From NCBI RefSeq assembly GCF_018977255.1, contig NW_024704742.1, forward strand, positions 99,574,001-99,638,000: a stretch of 64,000 bases of DNA, in the 5' to 3' direction. This document shows positions 36,820-48,500 of this stretch, piece by piece. This DNA comes from Callorhinchus milii. Its lineage: Eukaryota. Both the position numbers and the translations under genes were made by a program. Numbering within the stretch: the first letter of the stretch is position 1; each line of letters begins with the position of its first letter. The notes beneath the pieces were generated by a model. The model worked only from the letters and a program-made list of their open reading frames with translations, was not told where the DNA came from and searched no databases.

Positions 36820-39800
36820 TGTCAAAATCTTAAATTGGTTTAAGACCTCCTATTTATTGGGCGATATTGTAACTGTCTGAACCATTTCAAACTAGATTGA
36901 ACTCGGTTCTGCACACCTACATACCACAGCATAATAAGCTGCTCTATAATATCTCCAAAATACCTTTTGTCCAATTGAATGTCTTCTAACATCATATACA
37001 TAGCTTCTCTATTCCAGTGCTTGTTTTCCTCATATCTACTGGGCTAAATGCTTTCTCCTGCTCTGTGGTCTATGTTGACATCAGCATGTGACCTGCTGCT
37101 TATCTGCTCAAAGCAACATTTTCTGATAACATATTCCCTCCTCATGGTACTTATCAGTAACCTTTCATAAATAATCCAAGCTAACAGCTTTTATTAGTGT
37201 GAGGAGGAATGCCACTATAAACCTAACATTTCCCAAGGATACAACTGATAAATGTTACACAGTCTTATATTGCTAGCTAGAAAGACCAATTCATTGAATG
37301 TCATTCTCACTACTCAATCTCTTGGTTTAAGAATTTGTATAGGTCTTGACTAAAACCTGCAGTATGTTAAGTACAGTGCATGAAAACGATGACCTTGATT
37401 GTTTGAGTAAGCAATGCTATTTCAATAGACAATGCTACGGTTCCTGTGAGAATTGCTGTCTCTTTTGAGACTACCTCATTTCTCCGAAGTAGAATGATAC
37501 CAATAGATTAGACCTTGTGCATGAATGGGCCCTTGATCTTGTGAGAATTCTTTGCAGACTGCTCTGCCAGATCAGGTAAGCACAGCTGTAAACAGTTTTA
37601 GACAACCGTTCAAATACTCTTTCAATTGGCATATCACAATTTTCTGGGAGCGTTTTGGATCTGTGTTTCCAGTATAAAGGATCTGGGGCAGATATGCATA
37701 ACAAGAGCACAGAGAGCGTTATGGTGGAGAATACTAACCTGCAGACAGAAAATAACAGTTCATATCTGGGTCAGTGAACAATTGCAGCTCTCTGGGAAAA
37801 TAGTCCCATTGAAAATTAACTCCAATTTTTCACAGATTAAGCAGCTCCCCCACTTCCCCCCAGAGAAGGAATGAAGGAAAGAGGATATGCCAAAAGTTTT
37901 TTTGCAAGTGTTGAATACCCAGTAACATCTGAAAACAGAGTGAGATTTGTTAATGTTTACACTTACACTTTTCATGTGTATGTTTCTGAGTGCGTGGCTG
38001 GGTGTATGTCCATTTCTGTGTGTGTCTGTTTGTGTGTTGATGTAAGTTTCTCTGGAATCCTGGCCGATTAGTGGTTTTGCATTTCATGGCTGTTTGTGAG
38101 ACAATGCTGTGCCACATTTACCTAGTAAATACACAATCATTACACACTACAATAAATCCTGTGAATCGCTTTGAGACATTTTGATAACGATATAAAGCAT
38201 TATATCAAATGCAAACATTATTATGTCTACATGAATATGTATGGGGGGGGGGTTTGTTTCAGTCTGTGTAGGTGTGTGGATATCTGTGTTTTTTTTTGGC
38301 GAGTGGTTTTCCCCAATCACTCCCACTAAACGGAATTAAACCTAATCACATTCCGCAACTAGGAACATAGGTTACCAACCCAAGTAACCCTCTATCCCCA
38401 ACCCAAATCAGGACCTCAAATCGCCAAGGACGGCACAGACCTGATTATGTGCATCACAATCTCCTGAGCAAGTCAGGCGGCTGGATTGCCACTCCACCGG
38501 GCGAGCCTGGTGACCAGGGGCTCAAGGTTGTTCCACATTCCAGTTTCTCCACTCCTCTTGGATCAAACTTCTCAGATTGGGACCTTCTAGTATCCCAATC
38601 CCAGCCAACAGAGGGCTGAAGGCATAGCATTCCTGGCAGCAGCTCTGTTCCCTGACGAGTAAATCATGGGGAGGTTTGGGATGTGGTATCCCTATACGAT
38701 CCCAACCTCAAAGAGGGAGCACTGTCAGGTGCACAGTCCAAGGAGCAACTGTGTGTCGTGAGTAAAGCAAGGATCAGGGAACCAACCTTCAGATTAGCTG
38801 TTGTCAGAAATTCCTGATCGTATAACCTCACCATTTTGTGACTCACTAAAACAGCTGCAACAGTAACCTTCACAGCAGTGCCTTCAACTTTATTATCATG
38901 CACCTCATTCAAATATTTCACAATGGCCAGTCCTTTCTTTGAAAAGTTGACACAAGACGTCTATTACACAAGCTTCTCCCACCCTTTTTAATAAGGGTTG
39001 TCACATCACTTTGTCGCATCGCTCTTGTTTACAATATTACTAAATATTGCCTAGGTTTCCTGGTAATATTTTAGTGTTGTTCACGTAGTGCTGTTCATGA
39101 CAATGCATGCAATTTTATATTGTACAAAAAGTAAGACGCCCTGAAAAGCATATTAAAAAGGAAATTTTGTGCTGCCTTTTCTCAAATCCCTTGAGAGCTA
39201 TTGTAGTTGGCAAATTGTGCATAAACTACTGTCTTCCAAGCTCACTGAGCTAGATTATCTATGGCTTCTTACCTGTGTTGCCAGGGAGAAGCAATACACA
39301 TGTTCTAAAACCGTACAGTATTCCCCACATTCAGATTGCTGTGTTAAACCTAGCTAAAAAACCATCACAATCTAAATACTGATTGGTACATTTTATGGTA
39401 ATACAACTCCCTGTGTCACCTGCTGATACTCACAGAGTTGAAAATTGCCAGGTGTGATGTGATAATTATTGCATCGTTGATAAATGTCAGTAAATAACTA
39501 AAAACCGGTAGCAAGTGTGAACCCTCTTCCTCCTGCTTCCCCTCCCCATCCCCTATCTCAGGCCCCGGAGCAATGATTGGGCTCGAAGCCAACCTATTGC
39601 TGCCACTGGAGTTGATGAGTTCAGTATCATGGGATACCAGCTTAACTGAACATAAAAAATCAGAGTTAAGATGGTGTCCTGTGAACCGGCACTGTACTGC
39701 CACACTCCAGGGATCAGCATAGCTAAAGGCAGGCAAGGGCTGGCTTCAGGCCCAACCATTGTTCTGACGTCAGGAGGGAGGGAAAGGGGTTGATAATTAT

Positions 39801-40499
39801 TCACTGGCCTCGACTGGATTTATCAACAATGATGATTGTATTCTCTCGCCTCACAGTTGTCTATATGCAGGCAATTTGTTGCTGTTGTTGTTGGGATTTT
39901 CCAATATAAAATGGTAACTTGGCAGATGGCTTGCAGCACTGAACCGTAGTGTTACTCTGAGCCTTCATTAGAAGAACAACAACTTGCGTTTATATGGCAT
40001 CCCGCATGCAAGATAGAGTCCCAGAGCGCTTGGACTGACATTAGAGAAGGAAGACCTTCAGTGAGAGAAATTGATCTCCCACTCGTCCCCCCACCCTCCC
40101 ACACACACATCTGGGGTAATGCGGGGACTTTTTCTGCTATCATCCATAGCACACAAGATAAACAGTTTTCTATTGAAAAATATTTCAAGTCATCTTTGGC
40201 AGTTCCAGCCAATGAGAGTATTATTGCTTTTTGAAGGAAAAAGATCAACTGCACGTCACAGATCTGGGGCTGATTGCAGATAAAGGAAAGCTCCAGGAAC
40301 CCAGGCTCCTGACAACATGTTACAAACTAGGGAACCATATCATTTTTCCCTTGTTAATTTCCTCGCCGTCTGTGGCACTAATCTCTTGACACGGTTCTAT
40401 GGCTGCCAGTGGTCCTCCTGTGTGTTAACCGCGTGGGCGATTCTCCACATCAATATCGTAAGTTTCTTGACGGTAGAGATCACAGTTGAATCCTCTTCT

Positions 40500-40640
40500 G
40501 CTTTTGTCCAATGAGCAAACACGTGCGCTTTCCAGCAAGGATCACAATACATTCTGATCCATCGTAAAAATCCTGGCTGATTCTTTCTGTTCCTTCTAGC
40601 CCAAGGGCCCCAAGCCAATTGTGGTACACTAGCTCCTGCC
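40500..40640 (-). mobile_element. Family C SINE-like fragment
   Basis: gctttccagcaaggatcac..atcctggctgatt..ctagcccaagggccccaagccaattgt. Confidence 0.55.
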
Positions 40641-41154
40641 TGATCTAACATTAGTTAACTCAACATTGGAGCACAGCTGTACTTTGCACCAAAGGTAGCG
40701 CTCGAAAATATTCTGTAGGGGGTGGGGAGGGCTGAGTGTAACTCAGCTGAAGTGTTGGTCCCCTGTAATAGGCAGGTCGTTAACTTGACTAACAGGTCAA
40801 TTAGCCAATCAGAGGTTGACGAGCAGCCAAGTGGACAGGAAGTGGGTGGATACAACTGACGAGTTGGGAGAGGGGCAGGAAGGGGCTTGTGGTTGCTATG
40901 GGTTGGGGTTGCTCAAAGGACTGGCTATGGTCATCCTCAGGGCTTTCCCCTCCCAGCTCCCCTTAAAGAGGTGAGCTGTAACTAGATTTTGGGAGGGATG
41001 AGCCCCCTCCAGCTCTAGCCATCTGTTGCCTATGTCTCTCATCTTGTGACTTGTATGGCTTACTGTGACAATGCAACACTTCCTTGGAGTGCCAGTCTAG
41101 GCTATGAGCTCAAAGTCCCAGCATGAAACATAGGGCTTGATCCACAGAAGTCAA

Positions 41155-41950
41155 AGTCAGAAGGTTGTGGGTTCATGTCCTACATCTCACATTGGGACTT
41201 TACAATAATAATAACCCTTGTATTTGATATAGCGCTTTTCCACGTCTTTTAGACGTCTCAAAGTGCTTCACAGAATATACTGTAAAGTGAATTTACTGTA
41301 TATTTTTGTGGGCAAAACGCAGCAGCCAATTGTATACAGCAATGTCCCACAAACAGTCGGGATTGAAGTGACCAATTTATTATTGTTTTTTTCTCGAGGG
41401 ATTATTATCAAGCGTGTGGTGTAAGGAAACTTGCCCAAGGTTTTGCCCTGCCAAGAATCGAACCCAGGTCTCTCGCTTGCGAGAGCGCGAGGCGAGTACT
41501 CTAACCACTGAGCTGCAGGACTCCACTTTGAGTAGTTTGAGTAGGACTTTGAGCTCGTAGTCTAGGCTGACACTCTGTTGCAGTGCTGCATTGTCAGAGA
41601 TGCTCTCCTTTTGATTACACATTAAGTCGAGGCCGAATCTGCCTATTCAGATAGACGTTAAAGATCCCATGGCACTATTTGAAAAGAGAAGGGAAATTTT
41701 TCCAGTGTCTTGGCCAACAATCAACTCGTTCAAGGATGAAAGAGGTTTCTGTGTTGTGGTTTTGCAACAAGGCATAATTAAAATTTAAAAATTGGTCAGT
41801 CACCTCATAGTTTTTTGTGTGATATTGCTGTGTGTAAATTGGCTGTAATATTCACCTGCAAAATATATAGTCAGTACAGTACATTTTACGGTAAACTCTT
41901 GGCAAAGTGATAAGTGCCAAATCAAATGCAAAGATTATTATTATTATTAT
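41155..41950 (+). mobile_element. Deu-domain SINE interrupted by SINE copy 6 and a 59-bp templated insert
   Basis: agtcagaaggttgtgggttc..ggacttt | gagctcgtagtctaggctgacac..taaagatcccatggcactattt..(ATT)n. Confidence 0.85.
41204..41525 (-). mobile_element. Young tRNA-Ala/CORE SINE, copy 6
   Basis: Full body from tail to ctaaccactgagctgcaggactcca; ggacttt repeated on both flanks. Confidence 0.92.
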
Positions 41951-42694
41951 TACTGGTACGCTGGGCAATGCCTTTACCCACTTGGCCACTGGTAAAGTTT
42001 CTCTCCCCCACCCCACACCCCCGGCTGTGGAATTTAACTCGGTCAAGGATGAAAGAGGTTTCTGTGTTGTGGTTTTGCAACAAGGCATAATTAACCTCAC
42101 AAAGCTTCAGTCATAGTGACATATTTAATTCACTGTTCAAAAGAATTAAACAAAGTTTCTGTTTACTGTGAGTGATTGTACATTTCTAGGTCAATGTATT
42201 ATCAGGCCTTTGGTTACTATTTTTTAAAAAAAGGGATAATGGCTGATACTATACTTCTCAAAGATACAGCCAGTCTTTGCCTCCAGAGCACGAGGGGAAT
42301 CAGTTGTACTTTGGCACTACATGTCAACATGGAACATGACCAAACTACCTGCACTTGGCATGCCTGAATACAAACCAAGAGGGTTACCTCATGTTATTTG
42401 TCAAAGTTGAAATACAATGCTTGCACCATCATGGAATGAGAACACGTGAAGGTTATTTCATTTTCTTTGTTTCTTTCTGCTTTAAAAACACTTCCTCTGA
42501 AAAATTCCTCCAGTTCTAATCGGCTTAACGACAACTACTCTTGCAAACAAATTTGATAAGCATCCAGTATTTCCACTAGGCTATGTCATGCTGAATTTCA
42601 AGCAGAGATTCTCTGATTGATGCATACCATATTGGCGTCTTTATTCTGTTGAGCGCTTTGAGATGTTTGTCTTATGCTAAAAGCCCTATATAAA

Positions 42695-43400
42695 CAATAA
42701 TAGTAATCCTTGAATTTGATGTAGTGTTTTTCACATCTTCACAGGGTTTCCTCTAAAGTGTAGTGACTGTATCTTGTCAGCGAATGTAGGAAACCAACTT
42801 GACCACAGCCATGTCCCAGACATGAAGTGAATGGTGAAAATTGATGTGGGGGATTGTTGGCCAGGACACCAGAAGAAACTCCATTGTCTTTTCGAAAAGT
42901 GCCCATGTCAACCTGAAAGGCAAGACGGGACTTTGTCTCATAATAATCATAATAATAATATTAATCCTTGCATTTGATATAGTAGCTTATCACGTCTTAG
43001 AGACGTCTCAAAGCGCTTCACTGAATATGCTATAAAGTGAATTGACTGATATTTTGTGGGCGAAACCGCCAGCTTATTGCGCACAACAGTGTCCCACAAA
43101 CAGTCGTGGATTGAGTGACCAATTATTATTTTTTTTGAAGGAATTATTACCCTCGGAAAAGCGATCTGCCAATCGACTAAAAAACGGGTTCCTACTTACT
43201 GCTAGGTAAACAGAGGAGTTTGGAGTAAGGAAACTTGCCCAACGTTTCGCCCTGCCAGATCTCTCGCTTGTGAGGCGAGTGCTCTAACCACTGAGCTACA
43301 GGACTCCACATCGTAAGTCCTCATCCAAAGAACAACACCTCTGACAGCACAGGGATTCCCCAGCACTACATTGGAGTGTCAGCCCAGACTGTATAAGTTC
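42695..43400 (-). mobile_element. Deu-domain SINE host of SINE copy 7
   Basis: ttggccaggacaccagaagaaactcc..gtctcat | ctcatccaaagaacaacacctctgacag..ggagtgtcagcccagact. Confidence 0.75.
42942..43308 (-). mobile_element. tRNA-Ala/CORE SINE, copy 7 (long subfamily, B box deleted)
   Basis: Carries the same extra segment as copy 5 (ggttcctacttactgctaggtaaacagagg). Confidence 0.92.
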
Positions 43401-43913
43401 AAAGAAATCCAAATGAGGGTGTGTCCATTATCTGAAAGTAGGTCATGCTACTTAGATCAGATACTCAAGTGAAATTAAGTTCCAGTGTGGTTCGTCATGA
43501 TATGCATCCAGATTTCTTATTAAGGCATTCCATTAGAAATTGTGGTATATTGGACTACATCAAAGCTTTTTTTTAGCATTTTAATGCTGGGCGCTATACT
43601 TTACAGAAATCAACCATTTAAATTAGCATTCTTGTATGTGGAAGCCAGTTCCCCAAAAATCTTAAAATGCTGCGAGGCCAGAGACTTGGAAATATTTGCT
43701 GCTTTTTAAGGAATTCCAATTTTGTGTTTACTGCAGACTTTCAATGAAGCAAAAGTGCTTACAGACAAGATTGTTGGCATGTAGTACTTGCAAGTAGGAT
43801 GATTGGCAGACAACTAAGTATCTTATCTTTGGCTTTGAGATAGTCAGATTAACCCCTCCCATTTTTGTCTCTTTGTTCCCCTACAAACATTTGACCACGA
43901 GCTACAAGTTACA

Positions 43914-44002
43914 AGTTGGGTCATGACCCAACTGTGCAGCGCCTTGGGACGTCCTCCTGACGTGAAAGGCGCTTTATAAATGGAATCTTGTTGTTGTTGT
44001 TG
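43914..44002 (+). mobile_element. Very short young L2 tail insertion with palindromic 5' end
   Basis: Near-identical to the tails at 33503 and 57428; ends in (GTT)n. Confidence 0.88.
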
Positions 44003-44222
44003 TACATAGACTCATATCCTTGAAGGTCAATCTTCCAAACCCACCTGTATGTTTATTTTAACATATGAGCAGTAATGTATTAGGAGAGAATGGAGAAGTT
44101 GGGTTTATTTACATTAGTACAGAAAAGCTTGAGAGAGGACCTGGTTGAGATGCAGAAAATTATGAGGGTTACACCAGTCCATTCCTAAAACCAACTGCAG
44201 GTTTTCAGAGCACCCAGCTTTT

Positions 44223-44545
44223 ATAATAATATAATAATAATAATCCTTGCATTTGATATAGTACTTTTTACGTCTTCTAGATGTCTCAAAATGCTTCACA
44301 GAATATGCTGTAAAGTAAATTGACTGTATATTTGTGGGCGAAACGCGGAAGCCAATTGTGCACAGCAGTGTCCCACAAACAGTCGTGGATTGAAAATGAC
44401 CAATTTATTATTGTTTTGTTTTGGAGGGATTATTATTAGGTGTGTGGAGTAAGGAAACTTGCCCAAGGTTTCGCCCTGCCGGGAATTGAACCCAGGTGTC
44501 TCGCTTGCAAGGCGAGTGCTCTAACCACTGAGCTACAGGACTCCA
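44223..44545 (-). mobile_element. Young tRNA-Ala/CORE SINE, copy 8
   Basis: Full length, from (AAT)n to ccactgagctacaggactcca. Confidence 0.93.
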
Positions 44546-44687
44546 CAACCAACTACCTTTTGTCTTAAATTTTAAAATTGTGTGAAACTGTGGAAAATTC
44601 TTCAATTCAGTTTAATTTGGAAGCCAGATTTCTCACAGTTCTTAAAGATTTTTTATTTCAATTCTTAACACAGGAAATGTTCATGTG

Positions 44688-44920
44688 TAATAATAATAAT
44701 AATAATCCTTGCATTTGATATAGCGCTTTTCACGTCGGGAGGACTTCCCAAAGCGCTTCACAGAACACACTGTAAAGTGAATTGACTGTATATTTGTGGG
44801 TGAACGCGGCAGCCAATTGCGCACAGCAATGTCCCACAAACAGTCGTAGATTGAAAATGACCAATTTATTATTGTTTTTTGTTTTGGAGAGATTATTATT
44901 AGGCGTGTGGAGTAAGGAAA
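44688..44920 (-). mobile_element. Young CORE SINE, copy 9, 5'-truncated
   Basis: Stops at ggagtaaggaaa; shares diagnostic variants with copy 2. Confidence 0.92.
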
Positions 44921-45027
44921 AGGTGGGATGCTTATAACTCTCAGTTTGATTTGGATATTCTTCAGCATGGTGGTGGGTTTTTGCATTAGTCAGACACCGG
45001 GGCTGACCAAAAAGAAAAGAATTGACA

Positions 45028-45249
45028 CAAAAACAGAGCGAGCTGGGAAAACTCAGCAGGTCAGGCAGCATCTATGGAGAAAGGTAAGTGAGTCAATGTT
45101 TCGGGTGACAAACTGATGAAGGGTCGTGGACCCGAAATGTTGACTCACCTTCCTTTCTCCATGGATGCTGCCTGACCTGCTGAGTTTTCCCAACTCCCTC
45201 TGCTTTTGTTTCAGATTCCAGCATCTGCAGTATTTTGTGTTTTGTTTTT
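45028..45249 (+). mobile_element. Short Penelope-like insertion, copy C, with ~79-bp inverted arm
   Basis: Perfect 15-bp TSD agaaaagaattgaca (45013-45027 and 45250-45264). Arms 45028-45106 and 45130-45208 are reverse-complementary with some mismatches. Confidence 0.88.
45113..45145 (+). ncRNA. Minimal hammerhead ribozyme motif
   Basis: CTGATGA-a-GGGTC gtg GACCC-GAAA-tgtt-gact: canonical core and a perfect 5-bp stem II. Confidence 0.7.
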
Positions 45250-45424
45250 AGAAAAGAATTGACATCCAACTTAAAAGCTGAATTTAAGAATTTTTTACAG
45301 TTTTTTTGCAGTCAGAAATGTTGGACTAAGGGGATCTAAACTGTGAGTTTCTCAGTCTGCATGGCTCAATACTACCTCATTTTATGCATTTTCCCACACA
45401 TTTTCTCATCTGTGAAACCAAACA

Positions 45425-45480
45425 GTTCATAGAATTACACAGCATAGAAGGAGGCCATTCAACCCATCGTGTCTTTGCCG
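45425..45480 (-). mobile_element. CR1 3' terminal fragment
   Basis: catagaattacacagcatagaaggaggccattcaacccatc. Confidence 0.6.
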
Positions 45481-47759
45481 ATGTTGATGTAAGTGACATG
45501 ACACCACCTTAGCAACATTGGTTTAGGTGCGGATGGATACATAAGCAATTTTAGTTTTACAGCATCCATTTTAAAATGTCTCGCCTAGGTTCTTTGTTGC
45601 GTTTTATTACTTTAAAATTTGGGCATCAAGTTTTTTTTCAGCCAAGATAATAATCGGTTTCAACAGAAGAATACATGTCTGTGCTTATCTCCTGGCCCTG
45701 ATTTCCAGCCTGTTCTTGATTTGTCTGCACAGGCTAACAACCCATCACAAGACTTTCATTGTTGAGGCAGAGAAACAGAAACATTTCCTGCTTGTAAGAG
45801 TCATGTTTATGGTATTTTTTTACCCAAGGCTTTTAATGAAGCAAAGGAATGACTGGAACTGACTAGAACAAAAAGGATCACGAGCCACACAGAATGTCAA
45901 TTACAGTTTCACAAATATCAAATCTATCCTGCCTGGGGCTTCCTCTTTAAAAGCTGGTGTATCTACAACCCAGATGATTTATGCAAATAACTAGGCGTAC
46001 AAATGCTGGGATATGATGGGGTGATTTGACTTATAAAGAGCAAATACAATGGATTTCACGGAACTTCAGGACTACACTGTTGACCTTCCTACTGTGACAC
46101 TGTACATGGAAACTTTCATTATCCAAACTCATTTAACCTCAATTTTAGCACAAAGGACCTATCATTAACTAGCTCAGTGGCTATCCAGAACAGAAAATCT
46201 ATTTATATTCCATTGTCGCCTTTCACAATGCGCAATCTCAGCCTGTTACCAGAATGGCTTCAAAATATTCAGCTCAGCCAATAAAATCTTCTTTGTCACC
46301 AGTTGGAAAAATAATTGTTTTCCTACTTTCAGTGATGATAATGTATTTACAAACGCAACAAAGGCAAACATTAATTATGCCGTGGTGTATTATTACAAGC
46401 TTGAGAAATGCTAGGCTTCCCAGACTCATAATAGGTGACCCTCATCTGGCCTGCAGGCTGATCTGATGACAAGCACACAAACGTGACAGAATATGTTGAT
46501 TCTGTAAATGTTACCCCTCCCAATGATAAGCTGCTAAAGTTACATTTGGCAATTGTTTGGATAAGATGCCTCACTTATCTGGCTTCATTCTTAGTAACCA
46601 TGTGTACATTTACAGCAAGTCCCTGACAAAAGGAAGCTGGCACCGTTTCATTTTATCTTTTTCTCTCCCATTCAAAGACACTTATTGCTTTTGTGTGTCA
46701 GCTCATAAAGAAAAAAAAGAGAAAAAACGGGGGAAACCATATGAAACAAATTCCCATGCCTCATTCCTACTCTGTTCTTGACAACTTTGAGTTACCGCAG
46801 AAAACAAGTGGTTTAAGATAAAACCTGTTAGGTTCACACAGTAAAGAACAGGATTTTATTTTTGAGACTCACAGATTGCCTACAACTATCTTATTCTCTT
46901 CCTGTAGGCCAATGTGTGGGTGTGACGTGCTTGACAAGATAAATGTGTTTCGGGAAAAGTTTTTTTTGTATACGTAAAATGGGAGCAAGCCTAATCATTA
47001 TTCAACCCAACGCCTTAATGAGCAGTAAAACTACTGAGAAACGTTCCACAGAACATGAGGTGCTGGTTCCCGAAGAGCCAATAACTTGTGTTTGATCTTT
47101 TATAAGCAGCGTATCCATTTTCCAAGGGGGAATGTATTGTACTCAAATGATTTCATCTGTTTCTGAATGCACGAAGACCAAAAACACATGTCAACTAGTC
47201 TTCCACACTTTGCAAGCGTACATTGACCAAAGACCTGAAAGAATGGTTTGATAAAAATCCGTTGTTATGAAGTAAGCACAGAATGTAATCAGGCAGCATT
47301 TGTAATCCGTAAAACGTTGAAGGCCTTGTTTGTATTTAAACATGCTCATGTTACAGCCAGCCGATGTTATGAGGCCCTGGAGATGGTCTCAGTTGTGCCA
47401 AAGGAACAAATCTAAAAATCTAAGATTCAAAGGTTTTGACTCCACCCTGAGCTTTTATTAACAAGCTCCCCAATGTGAAGAGCAATAAATAGATGCCTGG
47501 CTACTGTTAAGTTCCACTATTTCAATACCTGATGCACTCTCCTCTCACCTGGTTTGCATTACCACAATGGAATTTTTTTTTGCAAATTTACGGTTCTAAC
47601 TCCCAAGTGCCAATTGTATTAGTTATTTACTTTGGTTCGGGTTCAGAGGAAAAAACCTATCCCTCTGGGAGGTACATTGGAGGTGTGATACGAAGCAAAG
47701 AAATTCGGAGGAGGGAAATAAATGGGAATTCTTTTAAGCCAATGAAAAAAAACTAGTTG

Positions 47760-48500
47760 GTAAAAGGTCAAGCCTAAAATGACTGCATAAAGAGATCAAA
47801 ATGATTCTAAAGGCATGCAAAAATATTGTCAAATAAGTTAAGGAGAGAGAAAAAAATAAGAACCATACATTTTCACATACATTGTGGTCAAATTTCAGAT
47901 ACAGATGTTTTGGCTCAGGAATATTTAACACAAGTTAACATCAACAGAAAACGTGCTGTGAAGAGATATGAACAGTCTGGAAGGCTACTAGGGAAGACTG
48001 GATACACCCTGGAATCCTCAAGGAAATGTGAACGGAAATAGGAGAGGATCTTGCTAATATTTTTAGTAGCTTCCAAATAGACTGGAGGTGGACCTGAGAA
48101 CAGGAGCAAATGTTAGCCTTTCATTCAGGAAAGAAGTGAGACATGAGCCTGTAAATTAAAACATCTGTATCTGTAGTGGAGAAAATGCTTGAGAGAATTA
48201 GACAGGATGCCGTAAATGTTCATCTAAAGAGCACAGACGCTATAGGGAGCAGACAACTGGGATTTAGAAGCAACAGGACATGCTTGGTAAATTTATTGGA
48301 ATTCTTTGAGGATGAAGGGTCTCCAGTGGGTATGCTGCAATTCACTTGAAATTTCAGAAGGGCATTTGACAAAGTTCCACGTGTTAGAATTTTAAAGAAG
48401 GATAAAGCTCTGGGAAACAAAGCAATGTTAAATGAAAAAAGCTCTATTTTGGGGTGAGGTGAGGTGAGTGCTGGGATTCCACAGCTTGTTCTCACCTGAT
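47760..48500 (+). mobile_element. Old CR1 LINE ORF2 fragment (RT N-terminal region)
   Basis: Reads KMLERIRQDAVNVHLKSTDAIGSRQLGFRSNRTCLVNLLEFFED then AFDKVP (~48180-48380). HPGILKE..EIGEDLANIF lies upstream. Confidence 0.85.

Noticed and set aside
37490..37580. Possible exon ending at cag|gtaag (NDTNRLDLVHEWALDLVRILCRLLCQI)
   Set aside because: Weak acceptor, no recognisable homology and no partner exons. It would need RNA-seq support.
38368..38694. Possible MITE with taggttacca / tggtatcccta termini
   Set aside because: Termini match only loosely and no TSD is visible.
47896..48173. 16-bp inverted match cagatacagatgtttt / aaaacatctgtatctg within CR1
   Set aside because: Short, and partly explained by a local tctgta duplication in the CR1 coding motif. 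It cannot be told from chance.
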